Assembly: GCA_951406725.2 (NCBI GenBank)
Contig: OX597830.1
Coordinates: 36,828,001-36,892,000 of the forward strand
From: Octopus vulgaris
Taxonomy: Eukaryota
Direction of reading: 5' to 3'
Length of the DNA stretch: 64,000 bases
Shown here: positions 26,044 through 42,150 of the stretch, piece by piece
How the letters are laid out: every line of letters starts with the position of its first letter
How positions within the stretch are numbered: the first letter of the stretch is position 1
Notes under the pieces: model-generated
Told to the model about the DNA's origin: nothing
Databases searched by the model: none
Seen by the model: the letters and a program-made list of their open reading frames with translations, nothing else
Made by a program: the position numbers and the translations under genes

Positions 26044-26258
26044 GGCGGTGAGCTGGCAGAATCGTTAGAATGCTGGGCGTAATACTTAGTGGCATCTCGT
26101 CTGTCTTTACGTTTTGAGTTCGAAATCCGCTGAGGTCGACTTTGCCTTTCATCCTTTCGGGCGTCAATAAATTAAGTACCAGTGAAACACTGGTGTCGAT
26201 GTAATCAACCACTCCCCTCCCTCCCAAATTTCAGGCCTTGTGCCTTTAGTAGAAAGGA
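26044..26258 (+). mobile_element. SINE family B
   Basis: ggcggtgagctggcagaatcgttag..gagttcgaaatcc..gtcgactttgcctttcatcctttcgg (Nin/Deu-like domain). Confidence 0.9.
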
Positions 26259-28269
26259 TTGAGGTCGATAATGTTAGTAACCAGAATTTTAAGGTGCCAT
26301 ATTAAGCAGCCTATACCAATATGGCATGGTGTTAATGTTCGTAGGAAATCACTATGCTGCACAGTTGTCTGTTTAACGTACGAACAAAATAAAGTTAGAG
26401 ACAGCAGTATTTTGGACCCGTTAAAAACCTTAAATGTGTCCTCTCTAGTTTATCAGTTCCACGCCAACATACAGTAACCTTCTTACTACACATGCGGGTA
26501 GATTAGATGGTTAGATTTATAGAAAACAGTTGAAAATAAAATATTTCGTATAAATTCAATGTATCTTCTTTGTTGTAATTGTAGTCGTATCTAAGGTGCG
26601 CTAAGAATACAAATTGATCTTAGCGATTATTTGGCCCTTCATTTTTGTCGAATCTGGAGGATGAGTGTAAGCAGCAGCAGGTTCGATTTGCGTGCGTGTG
26701 CCGCTCTTCGCCGCAACAACCAGAGCTGCCCGCGAGACGGTCGCCAGCGGACGCACGAGAGGAACGGACAAAAAGAAACGATACGTTGTCGAATAGCTTG
26801 AAACGTTGCTGTCAACCCAATTCCCTTTTTTCCATGCCACTGTACCCAAGCACTCATATGCAAAACTAAATTCAATGTTTATTTCAAAAGGTACGAAAGA
26901 ATATCGCGTTGAACAATCGAGAGATTCCGTAGGAAAATTATCCCTTTTCTTGAAGCTGTTGATTTTTGTGTGTTAGAAAAGCAATAGGATAGCAAAAAGC
27001 AAAATGAGAGATAAAAATGATTGTCATTCATGTGCATATTTCTGTCGACGCTGCTGGCTTATGAAAAATGTTGAAGGCGGTGTGGGGAGGCGGACAAAAA
27101 AATAAACACCAGCAATACACTGGAAATCAATTCAATCGACAGTGCCTCTTCGTCAAAGTTGTGGTTTCCGCCAGTGTCAAATATCTTTACTACTAGAAAT
27201 CTTAAAGGACATGATTGAGGCAGAAAGACAGAGAATCAATAAAAATACCTACTGAATTTTTATTTCCTTTTGTTTAACCTCTTGAGTTCAAATCTAAACT
27301 TTGTCTTTCATCACTCCGGGAACGATAAAATAAATTGCGCTGAAATGGTGTTTAATCGAATAACTCGTCCTCTAAATTTCAAAGAAGAAATCTTAAGCGT
27401 GGTTATTTGACACAAAAAGGAAAGAACGTCAATGAACCTAATGAATCTTTGTTACGCATTTCTGTGTTCAAGTTTCACCGAGGTCTATTTTTGTCTTTAC
27501 TGTACTTTCCGGCTAACACCACGACATTGTAAGTAATGTAAACATTCAAACATCGTCTTTATCTTTCCAAATCCTACTGCATTTCGTATGGGATTTGTCC
27601 TCCAAAGTGGTGGTGTTATAAGACGACTTATCGTTTTTGGGCTGTAAATTTTGATCTGAAAAATAGCTAGTATGCCGAAAAACGCTGTAATCTCCTGAAA
27701 TCTTTAAGATAAGTACGAGTCGAGTATTGGAATTTACTTAGGAACTATAGCAATACCTTTATCAATGTACGTGGTTATATCAATGATAAAAATTGTTATT
27801 ATTGATATTGTAATATCGTAGATGACTAAATTCTTTTAAAATTCAGAACTCGTTATTTCTGACAATAGCGCTCGTTAATTTTAGTGAAGCTTCTTACTGA
27901 TATTAGCAAATTATCTTAAGGCAACCACAGAAATATTTTCCTTTGCCAGAATACAGGAATGAAGAAGTTCCGAGTTCATGATAACAACTTCCATAGTCAT
28001 TGTCAAAATTAAACAGGTGAAAACACCATGGACTACAATGGGTAACCAAAAAGAAACCGGGATTTTAAAAGGGAAGTTTATTACTTTATATACAATTTGA
28101 TCAAAATTGTTTCTTTCAAAGAGGTGTCCTCTGCTAATACTACATCGATTCCAACGTTTTCCCTAATTTCTAGGTGCGGGGGCACAATTCTAGTATGGAA
28201 ACATTTTCGAATTATTCGAGCTGAAAACGTATTCAATTACACATTACAACGACGACTGAAAGCTTATAC

Positions 28270-29860
28270 CTTTTGTACATTTTAGAAACTACACTTCTTG
28301 ACAATGATGAAGATGTGAGAAATACATTTTAGATAAGAATTCTGCTCCGATTGATGTCTTTTGACTTGAACTTCCGGAATTGCTTTTCCAGATTGAGTGG
28401 AGTCTTAGAGAGTCACACTTTCTCTGGGAAGGGCTCTGTGGATAGACTGTTAATATAGGTTCCACGAACAGACTATCACATTTGCAAATTCGATGTATTC
28501 GACATCTCTTCTCAATTAGCACATTGCTGTTTATTTTCTCTTTTAGGTTATTTAGCTGTATTCAATTATGATATCGTTGTTTAATCTGAAAATCACGATA
28601 TCATGCTCTATAAACCGATAGGAAACAATTGCTTGGTCTGCATCCCCACGCCTGATTTTGATATAGCTTATCCCAATTCCATTTTCTCCTTTCTATCCAT
28701 TTTTACTGTATTCAACATACGAGCATCTTTCTTCAGTCTCTATTTCCTAGCCTGGTCGATACTGAAAGTAAAAATCTTTTCAGTTTATCGACTCCCTACC
28801 TCATTGGCTCTCAGTGTTAGTAGTACTGGATATGAAGTGATCTTCTTTGCTTCTGCTTTGGGTTTTGTAAAGACTGCGTATTGTGTGCTCTGATTTTAGT
28901 GAAGCTTTCACCCAGATCATCATCTCAGGGTGATAATGTTGCTATAGCCTTCGATATTGTTTACTGCTAGCTTCTTTTTCTTCGCTTAGCATAGTCTCTC
29001 ATGTAGCCCTGATTGCTACATGTATAGAGAAAGATCTATTTTGCTTTTCAGCTTGGTTGACCCCCTTATAGTTTCTCCAAAGTCGTACAACTCTGGGATA
29101 GACTTGTGACTATCGGGTGTCATCGGAGCATGAATATCAATGCAAAATCCCCCGACAACAAGTTGTTTCGTTTCACCTCGGCGCTAATACATTCCTGAAG
29201 TGTTGTACAAAAGTGATGACAAACATCACTATGAATATTCTACTGATATCTGTGGCCAAAGTGCTCGTACTGACGAAATTCATGCAATGCCTTCAGACTG
29301 TAGTCAGGAGTGTGTGGCAATATCTCTAATTCTCGATATCAAAGACTAGGCACATTATTATATATATATATCTTAAATTGTTCGATGGTAGACATATCCA
29401 ATAATACATTAGTCATTACTTCCTCTACTTCTTTGTTTGAAGACGTTGGGAAACCTTCACCGTTTTTTGAATGCAGCGGTATGCCATGTTCGTTCTCGTT
29501 CTTTCCTGGATAAATGCTTCTAGTAATGAGGTACTTTTTGTAACAGATACGATTCCTACATCACCTAGAGTTTTTGTATCTTGGTTTGCAACTGAAGAAA
29601 AAACGCAAGTTGCTGTTATTCTTCTTCTTGTAGTTATAGTGCCTTTGTTACTATTATTTAAGTTTTCGTTTTCGCAATTTTTCCTTTCGCATTTGTCAAA
29701 TTATAACCTTTTCAGCTTATAATTCTGAAAGTTTAATTTCATTTCTTTTTCTGTTTGTCTATTACTCTTTGCTTTTGCATTATTCAAAAACTACGGGAGC
29801 AGGATTCGCTGCAACCAGCTTCATGGCTAGTAGCGCTTCTATCTCCTGTTGAGGCGGCCA
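28270..29860 (-). mobile_element. Possible decayed L1/Tx1-like LINE 5' region (ORF1 remnant)
   Basis: Purine-rich minus strand; degenerate zinc knuckle LYTCSNQGYMRDY near 28990-29030; many stops. Confidence 0.35.
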
Positions 29861-31439
29861 TATTGAACAATTAATCTACAAGACATGAATATTTGCAAAA
29901 ATATACGTACCCTGTAAAGTATCCAATGACGAACCATTATTTCCGCACCAAACACTGATGCAGATGATTAAATATTCCGCGGTCTTTAGTATAATAAACA
30001 AAGACAAATAACATACAAGGCTCAGAATGTAAAACACCGCCAACTATGTACGATCAGAGAAGCAAATAACTAACCATCTCTTCTGATTTTCCTGTACAAG
30101 CCAGGCGTTCTAAAATTGCCCGTCAATATTTTCAGTTCTTTCCCACCAATGAAAGACTTTCATTATCTTGACTTGTTTCTCTAAGCTATTGATAGATAAC
30201 TGACCTGGTCTTCTACAACAATCTATCTTGTAGGAACGCTGTCAGCTTCAGTCAGCATAGATATTTAATTCGTCCTCTTTCTGTGTCAACATCAAGTCAG
30301 GCAGATTAGGTTTTTCCTTTTGAATTGCCATAAAGTTCAAGTACACCACGAGAGTGGACACTTCTTTGAGAGAGGCATCTCGAAACGTTAGTCTTTTGTT
30401 TGCGTTCACTTTTTTAATGCGCTCTGCCTTTTTTTTTACTGTTTCTGATCGTTCCTATCTTTCCTACTGTCTTCATCACCGTAAAAGAATAAGGCCGGTA
30501 CTTCTGGAAGTGCAGACTCCTTGGTTTCTCGGTACTTGTCGAGCGCAGTTGCGGCTGACTTAAGCAAATGTATTTAAGCTGTGAACATCCAGTCTTTTCT
30601 TTTCAAGGCATAATGATAATCCTATTTTAAGTAATTAGGGTGTTATTTGAGGGAGATTTTAAAAATTTTTGTCGCAGATTTTGCGATCGCTTGTCGTGTC
30701 AAGGATCTCATCTCTGTGCACCTCGTTTATGAATATGCGGATGTCAGACAGAAAATGATTAAACTGAAATATAGGCAAGAAAGATAAGTCAAGCAACCGA
30801 TCTGCATTATAAATAAATCCAAATACGGTCGGTATAAGATATTGAATGTAAACACAACTCCCTCGGGGGATATGTAGACATCTTCAAATGAGATAACTGT
30901 TCTACTAATTTAGTAAAGTTAAGAGTGATCGATAAATATTCAGAAATTTTCTGGAATTTAGTAATATTTTGTTCATGATTATCAACAAGATATTCATAAT
31001 CCGCATATCTAAAACAGATACATTTGGATATTTTACATTTGTAATATAGTGAGTTAAAAAATTTCGATCAAATGAGTTTATTCAAATTTTTACACACCCA
31101 CAAAAATGTTCAACTATCTAAAATAAAAAAACTCAAAACAAAAAACAATCGTAGGAGATAATTCCAGTAATAAGTGTGGAGAGATATATTTTGGACACAA
31201 CTGACATTACAGTTTTGAGTGGACCTGTAGTGTTTAAAGTCAAATAGTAAATGCGTCAGACTCAAATGAAATCCTGGAGCGAATCACCACGTATATAGCA
31301 CCCAATTAACACAATACATTCAATTCAATTGTGGATTCCTTGTTCCTGGTGCGTGACTTCAAAGAGATAGAAACGCTAATTGACTTTATCGGCTCCATCA
31401 GTTAGTGTGTTATCTCTCTTCACTTCTCACTATATATCA

Positions 31440-31440
<1 letters not shown>

Positions 31441-31526
<86 letters not shown>

Positions 31527-31556
31527 AATCTATCTATCTATCTATCTATCTATCTA
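31441..31556. repeat. (ATCT)n microsatellite
   Basis: Direct inspection. Confidence 0.95.
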
Positions 31557-31587
31557 ATTAACTAACAAGCTTTAAATACTTACAAAC

Positions 31588-31644
<57 letters not shown>

Positions 31645-32327
31645 TGTGTGTGTAGATGTGTGTGTGTATGTATGTATGTATGTATGTATGTATGTATGTA
31701 TGTATGTATATACATAAATGTTGACTATTCGAAACAAGTAGTGAATCTGAGAATGCACAGAGAATAAACGAAGATTTATTTAAATTTCACACACACACAC
31801 ACGCACACACACATGTGTGTATGTATGTGTGTTTGTGTGTGAGTCTCCTCCTCGTTCGAAGGCTTGTACCACCAAACAGCTGGTCGGCTTTGGCTGCTGG
31901 AATTGAAAGTAACACGACACTGTTGGAAGGCAGGTTTAGAGAGAGCGTGAGCTAAGATTACGCGTCCTTCCCCTCCATTGGTCAGTTGAAGTTTAGACAG
32001 TGTCACGTGACAACTAGCAGGTGATGGCTGCTGGAGCCTACCAGCGAGTATTTAAAGGGAAATTTGGCAGGATGGTCAGTCGCCCACTGACACTCGTTGA
32101 CGCTGCATCTAAGAGGCCAGGGAACAGAAGAAAGAAGGAGAAAGAAAAAAATGCGCTCAACACCAGAGCTGAAGACACCTCCGAAAGCAGGGGACCCGCC
32201 ACGTCGAAAACGGTAGAGGAGTAGGGGACGAAACCGGACGTGGTTCCTCTTGGTGGTGTCTTTAGCCACTGGATCCTATAAAGGAACTGTTGAGGTAGCA
32301 AACCACGAAACGTGGTTGGGAATACTT

Positions 32328-33735
<1,408 letters not shown>

Positions 33736-33737
33736 TG

Positions 33738-33792
<55 letters not shown>

Positions 33793-33820
33793 GAGAAAGA
33801 AGCAACAAGAATGGATTAGT

Positions 33821-33911
33821 TTTTAGTACAATTGTTTCATACAAAGACAGGCTTTATTACAAGTTGCAAAAATTGCAGCAGATAAAAGTGTCCCGTACTC
33901 ATCAGCTAAAA
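33821..33911 (-). ncRNA. Type I hammerhead ribozyme
   Basis: Minus strand: ttttag-CTGATGA-gtacgggaca...tgtctttgtat-GAAAC-AATT-GTA-ctaaaa; stem I ttttag/ctaaaa, palindromic stem III ACAATTGT. Confidence 0.75.
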
Positions 33912-34024
33912 TACATATGAGTTCTCTAGACATTTTAGTGGGTGAGGTTATACTCATGAAATATTGGAGATAATTCCATTAAAGGTAGATATAGGTTGTA
34001 AACAGTTTTCCAAAGTTCCTTAAT

Positions 34025-34228
34025 GATGATGCACAGTCTTATCACAGATTTTTAAAAACTTATTAGTTTCGAAGAGAAGGTGAATTAATCCATAGTGTAG
34101 ATTTAAATTTCCAGAGATATGAGGAGGATGATGCACAGACTTATCACAGGTTTTTAAAAACTTATTAGCTTCATAGAAAAGGTGAATCAATCCGTAGTGA
34201 AGATTTAAATTTCCAGCGGTAAGAGGAG
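34025..34228. repeat. Two-copy tandem duplication, about 102-bp period
   Basis: gatgatgcacag.cttatcacag.tttttaaaaacttattag.. at 34025 and 34127. Confidence 0.85.
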
Positions 34229-34297
34229 GAATTTCATACTCACAGACGATGTATTTAACCATTATTAATCCACAATCATTTCATGCTATATGATAAG

Positions 34298-34361
34298 GTA
34301 ATTTGCCATATTACTGCTCTCCGTGCAGTTTTGCACGGAGAGCAGTAATATGGCAAATTAC
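34298..34361. repeat. Perfect 30-bp inverted repeat (4-nt loop)
   Basis: gtaatttgccatattactgctctccgtgca-gttt-tgcacggagagcagtaatatggcaaattac. Confidence 0.95.
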
Positions 34362-34481
34362 ACATGTATTAGAATTTTCTCTGATTTTTCAGATTTTTGT
34401 ACGCTAGGCTACTGGTTTTAAATTGATATTAATTAAATTAATATTCAATTTATCTCCCTCATTATTTAAATTATATATATA

Positions 34482-34691
34482 TAAGTAAATAAATAAGAGT
34501 TGAACGCAGATGTTATTCAAATTCTTTTACTTTCGACATGATTCGAAAACAACACTGGTTTTATTCCAAATGAATAAACGGTGTAAAATAATGTAATCTT
34601 CTCATCGGGAAAGAAAGAGAACCTATCTCAACAAGACATTATAACTATTTTGATGACTGCAAAAATGATAAACAGAACGCTATTAAGTATT
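34482..34691 (-). mobile_element. Second copy of the 5364-5577 hammerhead-containing unit; core mutated
   Basis: Reverse-complement match over about 200 bp; core reads CCGATGA and GAATCATGTC. Confidence 0.75.
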
Positions 34692-34916
34692 GTAATTCCG
34701 TATGGAAGGCAAACCAAATCCGATCTTCCTTTGCAGTTCCGTGAAGTGGTTGGCAAGAACATTCGAAAAAATTCCAGATATTATTCAATTATTAACTCTC
34801 ACATAGTTACAGCTGCCCTCCCCAACACAATGAATCTTTCACAAATTACACCTTCTCACAACACCAGCCTGCCAAATAAAATTTCATTTTCCGAGAGTTC
34901 CAACGGAAAATAAACT

Positions 34917-35870
34917 TTTATTTTATCGATCTTCTTTGGCGAACCGCTAATGTTATTCTATCGATCTCGTTTGGCGAATCGCTAAGTTATTTTATCGATC
35001 TGCTTTGGCGAACCGCTATGTTATTTTATCGATTTCCTTTGGCGAACCGCTAGATTATTTTATTGAAGTCCTTTGGAGAACCGATAAGTTATTTTATCGA
35101 TCTCGATTGGCGAACCGCTAAGTTAATTGATCGATCACGTTTGGCGAACGGCTATGTTACTTTATCGATCATGTTTGGTGAAACGTTAATTAATTCTATT
35201 GATCTCCTTTGGCGAACCGCTAAGTAATTTTATTGGTTAAGCGCTAAGTTATTTTATCGATCTCCTTTGGCAAACCGCGAAGTTATTTTATAAATCTCCT
35301 TTAGCGAACCGCTAAGTTATTTTATCGATGACGTTTGGCTAAGCGCTAAGTTATTCTATCGATCTCCTTTGGCAAAACCGCTAAGTTAATTTATCGATCA
35401 TGTTTAGCGAACCGCTATGTTACTTTATCGATCACGTTTGGGGAACCGCTATGTTACTTTATCGATCACGTTTGGGGAACCGCTTAGTTTTTTTATCGAT
35501 CTCCTTTGACGAACCGCAATGTTATTTTATCGATCTCCTTTAGCGAACCGCTAAGTTATTCTATCGATTCCGTTGGCGAACCGCTAAGTTATTTTATCGT
35601 TCTCGTTTGTCGAACGGCAAAGTTAATTTATCGATCTCGTTTGGCGAACCGCTAAGTTATTCTATCGATTTCCTTTGGCGATCCGCTATGTTATTCTATC
35701 GGTCTCATTTGCGGAACCGCTAAGTTATTCTATCGGATTCATTTGGCGAACCTTAAGTTATTATATCGGTTTCATTTTGAGAACCGCTAAGTTATTTTAT
35801 CGATCTTATTTGCCGAACCGCTAAGTTATTGTATCGGTTTCATTTGGCGAACCGCTATGTTATTCTATCT
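34917..35870. repeat. 34-bp minisatellite (about 28 copies) derived from SINE family A
   Basis: Unit gttattttatcgatctcctttggcgaaccgctaa approximates the reverse complement of SINE segment tagcggttcggcaaaagagaccgatagaataag (56945-56977). Confidence 0.9.
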
Positions 35871-37409
35871 ACGTTTAAAAAAATCGAAAAACTTTATTAT
35901 TTATTGAGAATTATGATACAGCGAGGCACTCAGGTGTATTGATCGAATCGCCCTATGATGAAAAGCCATTGCAACTGTTGCTAAACTCTCTTTTTAAAAG
36001 GCATCTATGGCTATATTCTATGATTATTAAGTTCAGATAATTAATCGCGCCTTTAGATGTGAAAAATGTTTTAATATTTATGTTGAAAACATTAATAGTT
36101 AATGTGCACCAACTGTTTGATCTTCAATCGCTATCTGTTTGTTATTTATGCGAAGGTACGTACATGATACCCGGAGGAGGGAGGATTAGAACTCAGAAGC
36201 TTTGTTCCTAAACTAAGGATTACAATCCTATTATAATTTAAACCACTGACACACGCAAGATTAATTATTCCCTTTCTTTTACTGGATACAAACCGTTGTC
36301 TTTTACCCATGCATCGTACACCTCATAACACTTCATTGACTCAGAAAGCTGTGACATGATTTAATATCTATGCAATTTATCGTTTTGTGTTATGGTAAAA
36401 GAGAATAGGATTCCAGCCATGACGTCTTCTTTGGACACACTATTTATAGTGACGCCTACTGCATACATATTCATTTGTCTAGAAGTCTGCGGTTATCTAT
36501 TTTTGAATAATTAGGCATTTGTTTTTTTTTTTACTGCAATATTATTGGATAGTTCGGAAATTAATTCTCATTTGATTCTTTTATATATTTTTTCTTAATG
36601 CGCCAAGATTTTTAAACGATTTTTTTCTTTATTTAAGAATAGAAAATAATTTAGAGAATATAATATTAAATAGAATAAATTCTTTTGATAAATCGAATTT
36701 GAAAAATATTGCATAAAATACATTTATTAATATTTATCTATTTTACTCTGCTTTTACTTTTCAAAACAGTTTTGACGTATCTTTAGATGCATATGTCGTA
36801 TTTTTGGATCTTCTAAACGACATAACAACATAAAAAATTATCCTGTCTTTAAGAAGCCGTGAGAAATAAAACAGATGCAAACATGTATTTATTTTCTTCA
36901 ATTTTGCTTCCTCAATAAAATTGTTTATTGACATAGTATCAAACAGAATTGTTTCATATATAGATTACTTTCAAACCTTATCTATTATGCTGCAATTCTT
37001 TTCACGCTAAAATATATTTTGGTTGAATTCAGTTAACCAATGAAAATATTTAACATGATTATATTTCCTCCAGAGAATTTGGGACTTTGTATCTGAGGAA
37101 ATGTTCAATGGGAATTGGGAGTTAAGGAATTTTATTATTTTTTTGAAGAAATTATATCATTTGAAGTTGAATGAAATTATTCCAATACACTAATCAAGCT
37201 GAAAAATAATAATAATCGATTCGGAACATATATTTTATATGATAGAAGGAAGTCAATATTTCTTTGATGACACACTGTAGAGTTTAGAAAATGGCGGAGC
37301 ATCAAGCATAAAATGTTAAACTTTCAGCTTTTGTTTGTGAATTGTTTCGAATCCCGTCTTGTTTTAAATTACTTTACATAATTTTGGTATCAGTATGTCA
37401 CATTTATTG

Positions 37410-37601
37410 GTTTCAAAATTTGGTTTAAATCCAGCAATTTCGGGGACGGGGTAAGCCGATTATAGCGACTTGCTTTAACCACCCCAAAAGAATAAAAGGT
37501 AAAGTCGACATCAACGGAATTTGAACTCAGAACATGAAGACAGACGAAATGCCGCTAAGCATTTCGCCCAGCGTTACTAACAATTCTGCCTCTTCACTGC
37601 C
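37410..37601 (-). mobile_element. SINE family B, decayed
   Basis: aaagtcgac..ggaatttgaactcagaac..gacgaaatgccgctaagcatttcgcc. Confidence 0.8.
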
Positions 37602-38382
37602 TTGTATACTACAAATATTCAGTACTCGCCAAATGATGGAACAATTTAACTAGTTTTAAATGATTTCGAATTTTCTCTTGAGCCCTAAGACTCATAAGGC
37701 GGTTTAGCAGGTGCCCAATCATGTACAAGTGGCCAATATTACAGTATTCCTCTGAACAGGACGACAGTCTGTTGCAGTCTTTAAGGCTAGCAGATTTGAG
37801 GGGAGGGGCCAAGTCGATTGCATCAACCCCTGTACTTGATTAATACTTTATTATATCAAACATGAAACGATGACAAGCAAAAATCACTTTGGTGGGATTT
37901 AAACTCTGAATGTAACAGTGTGCGTATTAACAATAGTAATTCATATGTTTGGTGTGAAAAACCATGAGGTCACTAGAAAATAGCCAATAACTTTAGCAGT
38001 CGCAACTTCAGATTTGAAGCGGTTGATGAAGGGACCTGAATGAAAAGAAAAATCTGTCGATTTTCTCACTTTTATTTCAGTTAAGTGGTGCCTATCTCTT
38101 TGGTTGCTGTTTCTCTTTGGTTGATGAGACTAGTCAAAGCTGAGAGTTTGCTAGCAATTCTAATGCCACAAACAAGCTAACACTATATCAGAAGCAAAGT
38201 GTGTGTGTGTGTGTGAGAGTGAGAGAGAGAGAGAGATGGGCGGAAAGAGAGAGAGGTATAGTGAGAAAGAGAGAGACTTATAATGACTACAATCTTCTAA
38301 GAGAATACAGTGAACAGTTGCATTTACTGATATATGTAGTTATCGGTATACTGATATCATTTGAAATACCAGTCTATGCCCA

Positions 38383-38440
<58 letters not shown>

Positions 38441-38482
38441 AAGTTGATGAACCACCTATTGATCCCCTCCATTTTCTTATTG

Positions 38483-38526
<44 letters not shown>

Positions 38527-38700
38527 CAATAAGAAAATAGAGGAGATCAATAGATGGTTCATCAACTTTTAGACATTATATTATGTCAATTTATTTATTT
38601 ACTAAAATGACAATTACAAGAATATACATACATGTATAACATATTATGCTTTATATATATATATATATATATATATCTTTCATTTCTTTTATCCTATAAC

Positions 38701-38754
<54 letters not shown>

Positions 38755-38804
38755 GGCTTCTTTCACTTTCCGTCTACTAAATTGGAAACTGAAGGAGGCT
38801 CGTC

Positions 38805-38866
<62 letters not shown>

Positions 38867-39122
38867 TTAATAAGGGTGAGAGAATTAGATACTAATTTAA
38901 TAGTATATCTATTAAATTAGTATCTAATTCTCTCACCCTTATTAATTAATTATAATTATGCTGCATTTATTTCTAAATGCTGTATTTGTTTTCCGTGAAA
39001 ATTTGGCGCGCTGTTAGTTGGGGCATTTGAATTATAACGTCGGATGTAATCAATTGAACCACACGCGTATTTATCGTTATGGTAAAATCTGGCGTGTGAT
39101 TGAGTGGATTTCATCCAGATAG

Positions 39123-39204
39123 TTTTGGCTGAGGAGCTACAAGTGGATTTTTTTGTAAGTAAAATTACATTTAATTCATTAATAGCGAAACAATTGTCCC
39201 AAAA
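39123..39204 (+). ncRNA. Type I hammerhead ribozyme
   Basis: ttttgg-CTGAGGA-gcta...tagc-GAAAC-AATT-GTC-ccaaaa: 6-bp stem I, stem II gcta/tagc, palindromic stem III, GUC triplet. Confidence 0.8.
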
Positions 39205-39357
39205 TAATCTGTATTTTTGTTATTTTTTATTTGCCCTGTCCGTGTGAGCTAACAATCGTACTGACTTTCATGGGAAACATGTATTTTTGTGGTTGAAACC
39301 TTTTGGATTAACTGGTGCTAGAGTGAGCCATATAGTGACCACTCTCTATATTTATTT

Positions 39358-39765
<408 letters not shown>

Positions 39766-40141
39766 ATCGGACTCTCCCGTCGAAGACAACGTATCAGTAT
39801 TTAGCTTTTGCTGAACGAGCTGCATAAATGATTTGTTTGTTGTGATCAAGTGTATGTGCTGCACACAAGTTCGCCTTCTCTATCAAATCGACGTTGTCTG
39901 ACCGGGTGCTCGGTGTACCCACACGTCAAGTGTTGAAGTGATCGCAAAGCAACATGAGATGAGGTGTTTTGTTGAAGAACACAACGCACCACCCAGTTTA
40001 GGAATTGAAACCAAGATCTAGCGATCGTGAGTGCAGCACCCTAATCATATATACTAGTAATTGGAACGCTGTCCTAACGGTAACCAAGCTTCGGTGTAGA
40101 TTGGAACTAGCATTGGAAACTTTTCATTTATCGTTTGCATA

Positions 40142-40392
40142 AATGTTCCTTCTCGAGCCATGCCAGGCTCATAAGGGCCGGTTTTCCGGTTTCAGTGGCG
40201 TAAAAATTCCCCACCTGGACGGGATGCCGGTCCGTTGCAGGATTACTCATTTTTGCCAGCTGAGAGGACTGGAACAACGTGAAATGAAGTGTTTTGCTCA
40301 AGAACACAACGCATCACCCGGTCCAGGAATCGAAACCACAACCTTACGATCATGAGTTCAACTCCCTAAACACTAAGCCACGCGCCTCTACT
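40142..40392 (-). mobile_element. SINE family D with TSD
   Basis: TSD tatcgttt(t)gcata on both sides; 3' tail shared with family C (ccggcccttatgagcc.ggcatggctcgag). Confidence 0.85.
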
Positions 40393-40892
40393 ATCGTTTT
40401 GCATACTACATAAATATTACTTATTGGTATAGTAAGAAAAGATGTAACAGAAGAGTAGCCAACTTTAATTATAATATTAGAGAAAATAGTTATTCTTGTG
40501 CATGTAAAGTGACAGCCAATACAGATTAAAAGAAATATATTCTAACTTGTAGAAAATACCGATAGAATGTTTTCTACTTACAACAAGCTATTGGCTATGA
40601 CGACTCTGAGTAGCAAAAAAAAAGAAGAAAAAAAGAAAGATTGGTGCAGATGCTAAAATGGCTTCACTTTCAACTTTAGGAAATGTTACTTCTGGTTAAG
40701 CAAGCTACGTAATCTGAAAAGACTGTTCAGCGTTCATGAATAATAAGTAGCAAACCATCTAATGAAATCGGCTTTGTTCTGTTACGAGTATTGTAATGGA
40801 TCGCGCAATTTGCAAAAGTGTGTAACAAAAACAAAAGTTCTACGTATGTATGTACGTACATATGCATGTACAAATTATACATGCATGCAAAA

Positions 40893-40944
<52 letters not shown>

Positions 40945-40953
40945 GTGTATATA

Positions 40954-41000
<47 letters not shown>

Positions 41001-41317
41001 ATAATATGATATCTATATATGTATAATACTTATGTTTTCACACGTTTGTGAAGGAGTGTGTGCAGATCCCAATAAGATATGTGTACATATACTTATATAC
41101 TTGGGTGTGAGTGTGTGTGTGTATATATATATCTATATATATATATAGGAGTGTGTGGATGTGTATGTGTGCAATTCCTAGAAATGATGTGCACACACTG
41201 ATATGCAGAGTATGTATACACAGTTGCATACTGCTGTGTGCACACATGTTTGTAAGTGTTCGTGTTTGTATACATTGATGAATACATATGTTTGTGCAGC
41301 TATGTTAAAGTTGTTAC

Positions 41318-41374
<57 letters not shown>

Positions 41375-41376
41375 GT

Positions 41377-41450
<74 letters not shown>

Positions 41451-41968
41451 ACGAGTAAGTATACATGTATGTTTTGGCCTTTGACACGTGCTTCCAATCG
41501 TAAATGCAAGTTAGATTGTGTTGAAAATGGCTTGTCTCGTCATGAACATTAGAGAAAGTAAAAGAACATGACACATTCATTGGTTGGTGAATAAAGGCCA
41601 TTTCCTCTGTCCAGTGAAATTGGGCGCAATCAAAATACGTTGCAAAGCAGTTTGTGATGAAATATTCAGCATGACATGAAGTAAATACGGCTTCCATAAT
41701 GGAAGGCATTTACTCAACTGCAAGGTTCTGTGAGCTTTGTTTAGTTATAATCTTATTACGTTGTGCGCAATATTCCTTGGAAATATAAAATATTACAGTA
41801 CATATATGTATATGTTTTTGAACCATTTGAATCTCCACAGCTAAGGCTTTCAAACAAAAACAAAAACAAACAAAACAGAAACAAAAATAAAACAATAGAC
41901 TTATGTGCATTACAAATGCGTCAGGCATCTTCAATTATACACACACACACACACACGTACATACATAC

Positions 41969-42004
<36 letters not shown>

Positions 42005-42044
42005 GCACACACACATATATATACAGACACATGCACACACACAC

Positions 42045-42099
<55 letters not shown>

Positions 42100-42106
42100 C
42101 ATACTT

Positions 42107-42150
<44 letters not shown>

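Noticed and set aside
26645-26869. Insulin-like peptide (TKR..KRCC)
   Set aside because: Remaining A-chain cysteines, signal peptide and ATG are absent
34917-35870. CRISPR-like array
   Set aside because: Units are contiguous with no unique spacers, no cas genes are present, the context is eukaryotic, and the unit derives from a SINE
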